Assembly: GCF_009914755.1 (NCBI RefSeq)
Contig: NC_060941.1
Source: the human T2T-CHM13v2.0 reference genome, Homo sapiens
DNA length: 64,000 bases
Direction: 5' to 3' (one strand)
Of the stretch, positions 24,916 to 41,447 are shown piece after piece; position 1 is the stretch's first letter; every line of letters starts with the position of its first letter. Both the position numbers and the translations under genes were made by a program. Under the pieces are notes generated by a model. It saw only the letters and a program-made list of their open reading frames with translations. It searched no databases and was not told where the DNA came from.

Positions 24916-26718
24916 TAGTAGAGACAGGTTTTCTCCATGTGGGTGAGGCTGGTCTCGACTCCCGACCTCAGGTGATCTGCCTGCCTCGGCCTCCCAGTGT
25001 GCTGGGATTACAGATGTGAGCCCGGCCATCCATTTCTAAACATCAACAAAACCTTGGAAAATATGAGAATGGTGTGATTAACAATTTGTATGAAAACTTC
25101 TATCTCTTGATAAGTATAAGTAGTTTTGTAATATAGGTCAGTTAGAGACAAAGTGGGGGCAGTGGTGAAATCTATTTTTAAATCTTTTATTTATGTCTTG
25201 AGTTATATATTTATGTTCTCCTACTGATTGTTGTTGTTTTTTAATAGAGACAGAGTCTTGTTTTGTTGCCCAGGCTGGTCTAAAAATCCTGGCTTCAAGG
25301 AGTCCTCCAGCCTCAGCCTGCCAAAGGGGTGAGATTACAGGCATGAGCCACCTTGCCTGGACAGTAAATATTTTTTATAATACTTCTGCATTTCTCATTA
25401 GAAGTTTGTGAGGATTAAATGAGATTATCAGTATGAATCTCTTAGCACAGCAAAAAGGAATATAGCAACTTTATTGTGTGTTACTATATTTACCGTCAGT
25501 CTTATCAATATGGTAAATTACTGCAGACCTCAACAACATGGATTTGGCATGATTTTGAGAAATGTGTCAGGTCTATGGGGAAAATGTTTTCTTTTTCAAT
25601 TTAAGACTTCACCTCTGGTTTATTATGCCACATTTTTTTTGTAGTTGTTGTTGTTTTGGTTTTGGTTTTTTAAGACAGTGTCTTGCTCTGTTGCCCAGGC
25701 TGGAGTGCAGTGGCACAATCACAGCTCACTGCAGCCCTGATTTGTCAGGCTCAAGCAATCCTCCTGCCATGGTCTCCCAAGTAGCTGGGACTACAGGCAC
25801 GTGCCACCAAGCCCAGTTAATTGTTTCAATTTTTTCAATTTTTTTCAATTTTTTTTTTTTTTTTTTGTAGAGATGGGGTCTCACTCTACTACCCAGGCTG
25901 ATCTCACACTCCTAGGCTCAAACGATACTCCTGCCTCCTACTCAGCCTCCCAAAGTGCTTGGATTACAGGCATGAGCCCCCACGCCCAGCTGATTAATAT
26001 TATTCCACTTTTGACAAATCCGTCTTCCACGGCCTTGCTAAAGCGCTCCTAGCAATGTTTGCTAACAGCTGTAAGCGGTATTTCCCTTGGTTTCCTCTGC
26101 TGTCTTTGGATCAGATCTGCGGTCAGCAAGCTTCCTGCTTGCAGCAGAGAATTCTAGACATGTCAGCTGTTCTGAAAGGTCCCCAGTCCTCCCAGGCACG
26201 ATGGATCTCAGGGGCCCCATCCCTCCCTCTGCCCAGGCTAGCATGGAGGACACGCTGGTGGGGAAAGTGTCTTAACTGTCATGCTTACAAAACCTCCAAT
26301 TCCCTTTAGCAGAAGTTCTAGCACTGAGAGTTATCCCATCAGAGATTAAACTTGTAGGGTTCTTTCCATCCTCGCTTCTTTGCTGAGAGAAATTGCCACT
26401 GATGTCACAGTATGAAAAGCACCATGTCATCTCTTTTAGAAGGGAAGTGCCTGAGAAGTAATTTTTACTGTAAGAGGGAATAAAGGCCTTTTGTGAACTG
26501 AGGGTTACAGATGATTTGCTACCAGGCAGTGGTGGACAGGTAGGGAGGAAGTGGGATGAGGGCAGCAGGCCCCTGGTGGTGGCAGGGTGTGGCCCCTGGG
26601 GTGGCTGACCACCAGGAGGTGGGCCCTGGCGAGCCTGGAGTGAGTCAACGCTGGGGTGGGGAGGATGTCCTAGGAGAATCTGGACATGGGCAGAGAACTG
26701 GCTTTCCTACAGAGATGA

Positions 26719-26958
<240 letters not shown>

Positions 26959-28819
26959 TGATCTCAAACTCCTGACCTCAGATGATTCACACACCTCAGC
27001 CTCCCAAAGTACTGGGATTACAGGCTTGAGCCACCTCGCCTGGCCTGACGACACCTGTCTACAGGAATGTGCAGGACCTACCTACAGGGTTAACCCTGTG
27101 TGGAGACAAGAATCAGTAACCCAGGTGACCCTGCCTGATCATAGGGCTTCCTTTCACTTGGGAAGCCCCTCCCATCATTTCCCACCTCCCACTTCAGACT
27201 GATGAGACTGGAATATGTGGCGTTACTTTGTGTACACTTCAGAGAGCCAGGAGAATTCTGGATCCTGTAGAAGTGAACCAACCACAAGCTACTCCACATT
27301 GTTAATTTAGGGATTCTGAGACCTCAAGTCAAGAAAGTTCTGATCGTGGGCACTGGGCAGACAGAGACAGTGGAAAAGAATTGGGAGCCCAGGCTATGAC
27401 TTCAGACAGATGAGGAAGTTTTGTTTGTTTTATTTTTATTTACTTATTCTTTATTTTTATTTTTTGAGACAGGGTCTCGCTCAGCTGCCCAGGCTGGCAT
27501 GCAGTGGCAAGTCATAGCTCACTGCACCCTTGACCTCCCAGACTCAAGTGATCCTCCTGCTTCAGTTTCCTGAGTAGCTGGGACTACAGGCGCACACCAC
27601 CACACCCGGCTAATTTTTATTTTTAGCAGAGACAAGGTCTCAGTATGTTCCCCAGGCGAGTCTTAAACTCCTGAGCTCAAATGATTCTCCCGTCTTGGCC
27701 TCCCAAAGTGCTGGGATTACAGGTGTGAGCCGCTGTACCCGACCCACACAGGGTTTGAATCCCAGCCATGCTACTTCCTAGCTGATTTTCCCCAAATGTA
27801 TAATGGGGACAATAACCCTCTAGAGAATTACAGGAGATCATGAGGAAAAAGCATTTCACACAAGGCCTAGTCAATACACAACAGCTGCCACTATGACTAT
27901 GAACCGAAATTCATGATAAACTGCTTCTAACAATGCATGCTATACCCAACAAAGAATGTATGCAGGGGACGGGGTGCTAAAGACATTCCTGGGGGCAGGG
28001 ACAAGCGGAAATGAATTATATTCATGCCTATTGGATATTTTCTTTGGATTTTGTATGCTGTTTCGATTTTTATAATTTTTTTTCTTAAGGAAAAAAACAC
28101 ATATTTTTTTCTTAAGGAAATAGACACTGGCCAGGCGTGGTGGCTCACGCCTGTAATCCTAGCACTTTGGGAGGCCGAGGCAGGGGGATCACCTGAGGTC
28201 AGGAGTTCGAAACCAGCCTGGCCAACATGGTGAAACCCCATCTCAATTAAAAATAAGAAATAAGCCAGGCATGGTAGTGCATGCCTGTAATCCCAGTTAC
28301 TTGGGAGGCTGAGGCAGGAAAATCGCTTGAACTGGGGAGGCGGGGAGGCGGAGGTTGCAGTAGGCCGAGATTACACTATTCCACTCCAGCCTGGGCGACA
28401 AAAGTGAAACTCTGTCTCAAAAAAAAAAAAATAGACACTGTTGTTGCAAGCCTATGGGTTGCCTGAGGGCAAGTATGGGCTCCAGGTAGGTCTTTTGAGG
28501 AAAGGATCTTGTTTTTATCTTTCATGTAAAAGTTACTTTATCTTTCTCAATACCTCAGTGGTTTTGAACCCAAGCCTCTGGGAAATGTCCCAACCTCCTG
28601 TCCTCACTCAGTGCACCATACTACCAGGCTTAGAGGAGGCTCTTTCTCCTTATGGAGGACCAAGGAAAGGTGTTGTCAAGGTCTGCCATTATCCCATCTT
28701 TCCTCCTTCTCCATAATAGGAATATTAATGCAGAAAGAAATAATTGAAAGAGGAGCGGCCAGGCGCAGTGGCTCATGCCTGTGATCCCAGCACTTTGGGA
28801 GGCCAAGGAGGGCGGATCA

Positions 28820-29053
<234 letters not shown>

Positions 29054-29072
29054 CTAGAATAAGAAAATAAAA

Positions 29073-29735
29073 GCTGGAGAGAATGTGGAGAAATAGGAAC
29101 GCTTTTACACTGTTGGTGGGAGTGTAAATTAGTTCAACCATTGTGGAAGTCAGTGTGGTGATTCTTCAAGGATCTAGAACTAGAAATATCATTTGACTCA
29201 GCAATCCCATTACTGGGTATATACCCAAAGGATTATAAATCATGTTACTGTAAAGACATATGCACACGTATGTTTATTGTGGCACTATTCACAATAGCAA
29301 AGACTTGGAACCCACCCAAATGTCCATCAATGATAGACTGGATTAAGAAAATGTGGCACATATACACCATGGAATACTATGCAGCCATAAAGAAGGATGA
29401 GTTCATGTCCTTTGCAGGGACATGGATGAAGCTGGAAACCATCATTCTCAGCAAACTATCACAAGGACAGAAAACCAAACACCACATGTTCTCACTCATA
29501 GGTGGGAATTGAACAATGAGATCACTTGGATACAGGGAGGGGAACATCACACACTGGGGCATGTCGGGGGGTTGGGGGTTAGGGAAGGGATAGCATTAGG
29601 AGAAATACCTAATGTAAATGATGAGTTTATGGGTGCAGCAAACCAACATGGCACATGTATACCTATGTATCAAACCTGCACATTGTGCACATGTACCCTA
29701 GAACTTAAAGTATAATAATAAAAAAAATAAAAATA
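29073..29735 (+). mobile_element. 5'-truncated L1PA (ORF2 C-terminus, 3' UTR, polyA)
   Basis: ORF 29270-29512 MFIVALFTIAKTWN...MFSLIGGN is the L1 ORF2p end, followed by the G-rich 3' UTR and A tail. Confidence 0.92.
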
Positions 29736-30561
29736 ACATTCTACTCTCCAGATATAGCTATTGTTAACATTTTGAGAAAATATCCTTCCAGATAGTTTTT
29801 CTCTTTCTTTCTTTCTTCCTTTCCTTTCTTTTCCTTTTTTAATTTAGAGACAAAGTCTCATTATGAGTCTCCCAAAGTGCTGAGAATACAGGCATGAGCC
29901 ACTGTGCCCGGCCTCCAGATAGTTTTTCTATGTATACAAATTATGCACTTTCTTATTTAGAAAAATGATTTATGTTATTACAACTGTTAATAATACCTTT
30001 TCTCTTTTCTTAAGTATATTGTGATTCTCTTACCACATCATGAAATGTTCTTCTACATCACCATTAAAAATTCTTTTTTTTTTTTTTTTGAGACAGTGTC
30101 TTTCAAAAGTGCAGTTCTGAATCAAGGCAGCCTTGAAGTCTTGTTATTATGGCAAGCCCTCCAGTGCCAGGAGAACTGAGGTAGGAGTAAACTCAGATCA
30201 GCCTTTGAAATAGAATGTGTGAGGCCAGGTGCAGTGGCTCATGCCTGTAGTCTCAGCACTTTGGGAGACTGAGGTGGGTAGATCACTTGAGATCAGGAAT
30301 TTGAGACCAGCCTGGTCAACATGGCGAAACCTCATCTCTAGTAAAAATTAAAAAAATTAGCTGGGCGTGGTGGCAAGTGCCTGTAATCCCAGCTACTTGG
30401 GAACCTGGGAACTGTGGAGGTTGCAGTGGCCCGAGATGGCGCCACTGCAGCTATTACTCCAGTTTGAAAATACTAGAAGTTGCCAATATATATTTTTTCC
30501 ATTGCCAGACTTGTCTGCAATTTGTACTGGATCTGATAGAGAAACCATTTCCATGGGTCTA

Positions 30562-31114
<553 letters not shown>

Positions 31115-31568
31115 CTAGCACTTTTGGAGGCCACACGCAGGAGAATCGCTTGAGCCCAGGAGTTCAAAACCAGCCTGGGCAATATAGTGAGACTTCATCT
31201 CTATAAAAAAGTTAAAAACCTAGTAGTGTATGGTGGTTTGTGCCTGTGGTCCCAGCTACTAGAGAGGCTGAGGTGGAAAGATAGTTTGATTCTGGTAAGT
31301 GGAGATTGCAGTGAGCCAAGATGGTGCCACTGTGCTCTAGCTTGGGAGACAGAGCAAGATTCAGTATCAAACCTCCTAGCTAGAGGATGCTAGCTAGGTG
31401 ACGCTGAGTCAATAAGGAAGGATTTGGTTACATCTTGGGACCTAAGGTACAGAGATGAATGTCCCAGCTCAAGGCTGCCCCAGCCATTCAACTCCTTGCT
31501 TCCTCTCTTGGTGGACCTGTCAATTCTTGCAAGTGTCAACCAGCTGTCTTGCCCACCTAGCCCTATAG

Positions 31569-31823
<255 letters not shown>

Positions 31824-32329
31824 TAGTGATGGGATTTCGCTGTGTTGGCCAGGCTGGTGTCAAACTCCTGACCTCGGGTGATCCGCCTGCCTCAGCCTTC
31901 CGAAGTGCTAGGATTACAGGCATGAGCCACCGCACCCAGCCTGCACGTTCTATTTCAAAGGCTGATCTAAGGTAACTCCTACTTCAGATCTCCTGGCACT
32001 GGAGGGCTTGCCGTAATATCAAGTCCCCAAGGCTCCCTTGATTCAGAAATCACTGAGGCAGCAGCACCTTGTACAGATATTTCTCAGCCTTCACTGTGCG
32101 TAAGAATTGCTCAGGGCCCTTGTTTAAAAAAAAAAAAATCAGCGTCCTGGACTTGAAACCCAGTAAGTCTGGAGTGGGGTCTAGGAATCAACGTTTAACA
32201 AAAGCAGGCATTTTTGGCCAGGCACAGTAGCTCACACCTGTAATCCCAGCACTTTGGGAGGCTGAGGCGGGAGGATCACTTGAGCTCAGGAGTTTAACAC
32301 CAGCCTGGGCAACTAGACCCCTGTCTTTA

Positions 32330-32488
<159 letters not shown>

Positions 32489-32689
32489 TCAAAAAAAAAA
32501 AGCAGGCATTTTTGATACAATATTTGTATGTATCTGCTTAAGACAGTCGGTTTGCTTCCAAAGACTAAATCAAACTTCCACCAAACTCCTTTTGGCATAG
32601 ACTGAGTCCAGAGCAAGGAGATCAGATGGGTTTACATAGACAATGTAACAGTCAGATTTACCTCTTCTCTTTCCCAGCCAGCATGGGAC

Positions 32690-32926
32690 GATGTGGGGGT
32701 GTGGGGGGGTGGGGGGGGCGGGGGAGTGGCAATCTACCAAATATCTCTCTTCTTACAGGAACTCACAGAGGAAGACAGATTGGTCGAACAAACCAGTATT
32801 ATGCAAACCTCATCCAAACCCTCTGATTTCCTTAACTTGGCTAAGAAAAAGAGGAAGTTCTCCGAGTTACTCACCACTGTGGTTCTACTATGCCTTCTGA
32901 CCCCGTCTTGGACTTCAACTGGGAGA
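32690..32926 (+). promoter_or_regulatory. MILR1 TATA-less myeloid/mast-cell-type promoter and 5' UTR
   Basis: GC/GT boxes in the G-run block 32695-32724. ETS cores CAGGAA (32756) and GAGGAAG (32768). C/EBP-like TTATGCAA (32799), PU.1-type AAAGAGGAAGTT (32848-32859), RUNX TGTGGTT (32878-32884). No CpG island. Confidence 0.7.
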
Positions 32927-32981
32927 ATGTGGAGCCATTTGAACAGGCTCCTCTTCTGGAGCATATTTTCTTCTGTCACTT
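32927..32981 (+). CDS. MILR1: MILR1 (Allergin-1) coding exon 1, signal peptide MWSHLNRLLFWSIFSSVT
   Basis: ATG at 32927 (gggagaATGt). 55 coding nt, then donor T|gtaagc at 32982. Matches the recalled Allergin-1 N-terminus. Confidence 0.95.
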
Positions 32982-33071
32982 GTAAGCCCCCCTTATCATT
33001 CTGAGGCTCGAACCTCCAAGCCAACGTGTCATGTGGAAAGTGAGCTTTATCGTGTTCCTTTTCTGTTTCAG

Positions 33072-33113
33072 GTAGAAAAGCTGTATTGGATTGTGAGGCA
33101 ATGAAAACAAATG
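33072..33113 (+). CDS. MILR1: MILR1 coding exon 2 (42 nt, CRKAVLDCEAMKTN)
   Basis: Acceptor ttctgtttcag| and donor G|gtaagt. Follows a 90-nt intron and keeps frame with exons 1 and 3. Confidence 0.93.
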
Positions 33114-33680
33114 GTAAGTTTCATTTACTTCTTTCTTATTGAAACCATTTTCACTGAAGTGGTGAGACAGTCTGATTGCAACATAAGCGTCCATTCAAAA
33201 GTGTTTCTGAGCTTTTATGAACAACCAAAGAACAGTCTTTTCAATTATCTATCATTTAAAATAAAATGATTTTAGGGAGGGGATTGCAGCATTTTTTTCT
33301 GAGACTCAGTGAGAAAAATAATGAAATTTGTTTTCACAATGAAAGTTTTCTAACTTTCCTTGTTATTGTTGTTTTATGGTTGTTGTGTTTTAACTAGAAA
33401 GCCAACACACAGGCTGGGTGTGGTGCCTCCGGCCTGTAATCGCAGCACTTTGGAAGGCTAATGGGGTAGGATTGCTTGAGCTCAGGAGTTTGAGACCAGC
33501 CTGAACAACATAGTGATACCTCGTTTCTTAAAAAAACAAAACAAAATAAAAAAACCCACAGAATTATTGTGAAATAATTCAAGCAACACTAGAAATATAC
33601 ATTGGGAAGTGGTCTAACCTCTGGTTCTACTAGTTACTAGCCAGCAGCCTGAGCTCATGACATACCCAGTTTGACCTTAA

Positions 33681-33902
<222 letters not shown>

Positions 33903-34142
33903 TAGCCAGGATGGTCTCGATCTCCTGACCTCGTGATCCGCCCACCTTGGCCTCCCAAAGTGCTGGGATTACAGGCGTGAGACACTGTAATTTATTTCAT
34001 CTGTGAAGTGGGCTAATAAAAGCACCTACCTGGTAGGCTAGTGTGCAGATCAAATGAGACAATCCCTGCTCCTCGTCACAGTGCCAGGCATATGGTAAAC
34101 CATCCGTAAGTGATAGCCAAGGTGGTGGTTGTTACTGTATAA

Positions 34143-34461
<319 letters not shown>

Positions 34462-36036
34462 TGAACTCTTGACCTCGTGATCCTCCTGCCTCTGCCTCCC
34501 AAAGTGCTGGGGTTACAGGCATGAGCTACCACACCAGCCTTAGCTCCTCTTTTTCAACAGCTGCATGGTATTTTAAGACTCAGCCATGATTCGTTTAACC
34601 ATCCTTATTTATTGCCCTGCTTTTTGGGGGCAATATAAACAATGCTACAATAAACATCCTTGTACACAACGTCCTTTGTGGATGCATGAGAGCTTGAAAG
34701 CATCTCTGTAGAATGAAATTCTAGAATTGAAATTGCAAGGTCATAGGGCATACACATTTAAATTGTTACAGACCCTGCTAAGTTGCCCTCCCAACAAGGC
34801 TGATCGTATCCTATCAGTCACCAACGGTGGGTGAGTTTCCCCACCCACTCCCCAGTGGTGGATATAATCACTTTTACTTTTAAATTTTATTTAGGGTTTT
34901 TTTTTTTCTTTCTTTCTTTGAGACAGAGTCTCTGCTCTGTCGCCCAGGCTGGAGTGCAGTGGTGCGATCTTAGCTTTCCGCAGCCTCGACCTTCCAAGCT
35001 CAATTGATCCTCCCACCTCAGCCTCCTGAGTAGTGCCATACAGGTACGCACCATCATGCCCAGCTAATTTTTGTATTTTTAGTAGAGACAGGGTTTCACC
35101 ATTTGCCCAGGCTGGTCTCGAACTCCTGGACTCAAGAGATCTGCCTGCCTCAGCCTCCCAAATTGCTGGGATTACAGGCATGAGCCACCATGCCTGGCCA
35201 ATCATTTTTAAACTTTGTACCAATCTGATGAGTGAAAAATGATATCTCAGTGTTGTTTTAATTTGCAGTTGCCTCATTACTTGTGAAGTTGAGCATCTTT
35301 TTCATGTTTACTGGCCACAAAAGCTCTAGCATTCCTAGATAAAAAAAACTTAGGGATGGCTATTTGGTTGGAAAGGTAGTTTAGGTCTTGTCTTAAAGTT
35401 GAGTTTATATGGCGGGGCACAGTGACTCACACCTGTAATCCCGGCACTTTGGGAGGCTGAAGCAGGCAGTCACTTGAGGTCAGGAGTTCAAGACGAGCCT
35501 GGACAACATGGTGAAACCCTGTCTCTACCAAAACTACAAAAATTACCTGGGCATGGTGGTGTGTGCCTATAGTTCAGCTACTCAGGAGGCTGAGGCAGGA
35601 GGATCAGTTGAGCCTGGAAGGTGGAGGCTGTGGTGAGTCAAGATGGTGCCACTGCGCTCCAGCCTGGGCAACAGAGTGAGACTCTGTCTCAAAAAAAAAA
35701 AAAAGTTGAGCTTATATAAGACTGAGAAAATGTTAATTGTCCAGATCAAAGAGTGGGAGGAGAGTTTACTGCATTTTTAAAAGCATTTTTGAAGAGTCTA
35801 AATCTGTCTTCCACCCAAGCCATCCATTGGTCCCAGCTATGTTTTTTTTTTTTTTTTTGTTCTGTTTTGTTTTTTAAAAATTAGAGACGAGGTCTCACTT
35901 GTTGCCCAGGCTGTTCTCGAACTCCTGACCTCAAGTGACCCTCCCACCACAGCCTCCCAAAGTGCTAGGATTATAGGCGTCAACCACCACACCCAACTTC
36001 AAGAACTTTTTATTTATTATTATTTTTATTTTTTGA

Positions 36037-36320
<284 letters not shown>

Positions 36321-36357
36321 TAAGAAGGACTTTTTCTTGTGTCATTTTGTTTTTCAG

Positions 36358-36627
36358 AATTCCCTTCTCCATGTTTGGACTCAAAGACTAAGGTGGTTAT
36401 GAAGGGTCAAAATGTATCTATGTTTTGTTCCCATAAGAACAAATCACTGCAGATCACCTATTCATTGTTTCGACGTAAGACACACCTGGGAACCCAGGAT
36501 GGAAAAGGTGAACCTGCGATTTTTAACCTAAGCATCACAGAAGCCCATGAATCAGGCCCCTACAAATGCAAAGCCCAAGTTACCAGCTGTTCAAAATACA
36601 GTCGTGACTTCAGCTTCACGATTGTCG
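36358..36627 (+). CDS. MILR1: MILR1 coding exon 3, Ig-like domain 1 ([10 protein letters not shown]...DFSFTIV)
   Basis: ORF 36339-36635 has an Ig Cys pair (SMFCSH...GPYKCKA). Acceptor ttttcag|, donor G|gtaagt, 270 nt. Confidence 0.97.
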
Positions 36628-36815
36628 GTAAGTAGAGTGCCTGTTCCTTGGAGCCCCTATAATTTATAGGGTGCTTTCTGGTTCTATGAGGGGCTCTCCA
36701 TGATCCTTGTGAACACTTAAGAACCTGGAAAGTATGTTACTGCGAGCTTTATTCTTTTTTTATTTTTTATTTATTTTTAGACCTGGTCAACAGGAAGTAT
36801 CTTTTAATTTTTTAA

Positions 36816-37127
<312 letters not shown>

Positions 37128-37612
37128 TGAGTTCTCTATTCTTAATCATTCCGTTTCACCTTCTCTTTCAAAGACTTTCGACCATGTCAGATAATAGTCT
37201 TATATCTTTAGGCAAAAGTCTTATATCTCAACAATAATTGTGGAGGTCTTTTCTAGAAACTTTATTCTGTGATTCCCATTGTGTGGGCAAAAATCGCTTT
37301 TTTTTTTTTTTTTTTTTTCTGAAGCCTTGGGCCCCTTGGAGAGGGTCTTCAAAGCCTCACGCCTTTCCCACCGCTTCCTTAGTGTCAGGGGCCCCATCCG
37401 CTAGCACTCTTCCTGCCTAGCCACATCTCACTACTTCTGTGTTTTTCTGTCCCATTTTCCTACCCCAAGCCTGTTACTGCCTAGCATTAAGGGCCTCATC
37501 CGTGAAGGTGACCTTGATAATGGACTCCTGTGGGAGGAGAGAAGGCTTCTAGGTAACACATGTATGTTATACCTGGAGTCTTCAAAGCGTAGGGACCCTG
37601 ACTTCCTGATAA

Positions 37613-37822
<210 letters not shown>

Positions 37823-38149
37823 TAGGATTACAGGCATGCACCACCATGCCCAGCTAATTTTTGTATTTTTAATAGAGATGGGGTTTCACCATGTTGACCA
37901 GGCTGGTCTTAACTCCTGACCTCAGGTGATCCACCCACCTCAGCCTCCCAAAGTGCTGGGATTACAGGCGTGTGCCACTGCTCCTGGCCAACATTTATTT
38001 ATTTAATAGCCTATGTCACCCAGGCTGGAGTGCAGAGGCTACTCACAGGCAATCAAAGCCCATTGCAGCCTCAAACTCCTGTTCTTAAGAGATCCTCCCA
38101 CCTCAGCATCCTGAATAGCTTGGATTACAAGCACGTGCCATAATTAAAA

Positions 38150-38312
38150 TCAAGTCAATTAAAATTAGATGAAATAAAAAATTTCCCTCCACAGTCTCAG
38201 TTACATTTCAAGGCTTTGATAGCCACACCTGTAGCTGGTGGCTGCCACATTGGACAACACAGATGTAGACCATTCCCATCATCACAGAAAGTTCTACTGG
38301 GTGACATTGCTG
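38150..38312. mobile_element. MER3-like hAT-Charlie fragment
   Basis: ...ttacatttcaagg...tagccacacctgtagctggtggctgccac...catcacagaaagttctactgg. Confidence 0.55.
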
Positions 38313-39197
38313 TAGCTCAGTGATTCTTAGCTTTTTAGGTTATAACTGTCTTAATAATCCAATGATAGCAATGAATATCTTCTCCAGAGAAATGCTCATA
38401 AAACTACGTATACAAATTTCTGCATAAGGTTTTAGAGAATGCTACGGACTCCAGGTTAGAACCAATTATCTTGGCCAGGTGCGCTGTCTCACAGGTGTAA
38501 TCCCAGCACTTTGTGAGGCTGAGGCGGGAGGATCACCTGAGCCCAGGAGTTTGAGACCAGCCTGGGAACTATGTGGAGACTGTGTGTCTACAAAAAGTTA
38601 AAAAATATATATATGTAGCTGAGCGTGGTGGCGTGCCTATAGTGCCAACTACTCAGGAGGCTGAGTTGGGAGGATTGCCTCAGCCCAGGAGTTCAAGGCT
38701 GCAGTGAGCTGTGATTGCACCACTGCACTGCAGCCTGGGTGACAGAGAGAGACCCTGTCTCAAGAAAAAAAAAATCCCAATGATCTTTGGACATAAACTG
38801 AGTATATTCCTTGTGAAAGGAAAAGGAAGAAGGAGGGGGAAAATCCCTGCAAACATGGTACTGGAATACGATGGATATGTGAGGGCAGGAACACAGCTGA
38901 TGGTATTCTCTAGTGGTCAGACTCCTGCTGCACTCAGCAATAAGCCCATCAGTTCATATGTTTTTTGTGCACGACCTTCCTGCAATTTGTTAGGGTAATT
39001 ACACAGTCTGGTAATAAAACTATCTTGGTAGATTATAAAACTGTATCATCTTCAGTTAGGCCAGATCAATAGGCACTACGGAGTACCTACTCCATGCAAG
39101 CAATTGTACTACTGGGTTTTTAATGAGGCCTAAAACATAGTGTTGTCTCCAACCCAGTAAGGGTTGAAACTATGAGCCATAAACACAAATTCATTAA

Positions 39198-39428
<231 letters not shown>

Positions 39429-39601
39429 TAGCCAGGATGGTCTCAATCTCCTGACCTCGTGATCTGCCCACCTCGGCCTCCCAAAGTGCTCACTCATCAA
39501 ATGTTTAAAGAGAACACAGGGCCGGCTGCAGTGGCTCACGCCTGTAATCCCAGCACTTTGGGAGGTTGAGTGGGGGCAGATCACTTGAGGTCAGTAGTTC
39601 A

Positions 39602-39934
<333 letters not shown>

Positions 39935-40254
39935 TCATCTGTGGAATGGGCATGATACTATCCACACTACAAGACTGTCGTGAAGGTCAAATGAGATCAT
40001 GTGACTGGCACGCCTGGCACATGATAGATACTTAACAGCTTTTCTTCCTTTCCTATAATACTGTCTTATTAATGCATTATATATATATATAATAAAATGT
40101 ATAGCTGGGTTTTTCTGTTAGGTCATAGAATAGGCTATGATCTAACAGAGTGTAGCAGACCCATTTCCTGTTGAGAATTTCTCTTGAATCTAGTTAGCAG
40201 GGTTACTTCCTGCTCTTTGGAGGAAGTGAAAGATAATTGTGCAGCTGAGTTCTA

Positions 40255-40527
<273 letters not shown>

Positions 40528-41162
40528 TCACTCCAGCATGGTTGAAAGAGCAAAACCCTGTCTCTGAATAAATAAATACATTGAAAAGAAAATGATATTT
40601 TTGGATTAAAAAAACCCACTGTAAATTTACAAGGATTGAGAATAAAAGCACTTCTTGGGCCGGGTGTGGTGGCTCCTGCCTGTAACCACAGCACTTTGGG
40701 AATTCAAGGTGGGAGGATCACTTGAGGCCAGGAGTTCAAGACCAACCTGGCCAACATGGTAAGGCCCTATGTCTATAAAAAATAAACATAAAAAAGCACT
40801 TCTCAGCTTCATACTTAGAACTGGATCATTGACAAAATTATATTCATTATTAACAATAAATAGATTGTGAATTCTAGGAAGGGCAAGCTTGCACCCCAAT
40901 TCCTCAAAGCAGAGAGATGCCCTCCACTCTCTGGCTTTCTCAGCACTCAGCTGAGAACCTCGGCTAACAACACACTGCACGGGGTTGGCCACATGCCCAT
41001 TGGCCTTTCCCAGTGGGCCGTGAGCTTCTTGACTTCTCAGGAAGGGGGTCGTTCATCTTGGTTCCACAGCCTGGAGTGGAGTAAGGGTTCCACTCATATT
41101 TGTGGTCTGAGTGAGCACACCCAGTCTGTTTATCCTTTTCATGTTCACTTTCATTCTTCCAG

Positions 41163-41447
41163 ACCCGGTGACTTCCCCAGTGCTGAACATTATGGTCATT
41201 CAAACAGAAACAGACCGACATATAACATTACATTGCCTCTCAGTCAATGGCTCGCTGCCCATCAATTACACTTTCTTTGAAAACCATGTTGCCATATCAC
41301 CAGCTATTTCCAAGTATGACAGGGAGCCTGCTGAATTTAACTTAACCAAGAAGAATCCTGGAGAAGAGGAAGAGTATAGGTGTGAAGCTAAAAACAGATT
41401 GCCTAACTATGCAACATACAGTCACCCTGTCACCATGCCCTCAACAG
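41163..41447 (+). CDS. MILR1: MILR1 coding exon 4, Ig-like domain 2 (DPVTSPVL...VTMPST)
   Basis: ORF 41111-41482 has ITLHCLSVNGSLPINYTF...YRCEAKN. Acceptor cttccag|, donor G|gtaaga, 285 nt. Confidence 0.97.

Noticed and set aside
29270-29512. 80-aa ORF that looks like a real protein
   Set aside because: It is the C-terminus of L1 ORF2p in a 5'-truncated L1PA, not a host gene.
32693-32926. In-frame upstream extension of MILR1 exon 1 in the ORF track
   Set aside because: It starts at GTG in the G-run and probably lies upstream of the TSS. The signal peptide begins at ATG 32927.
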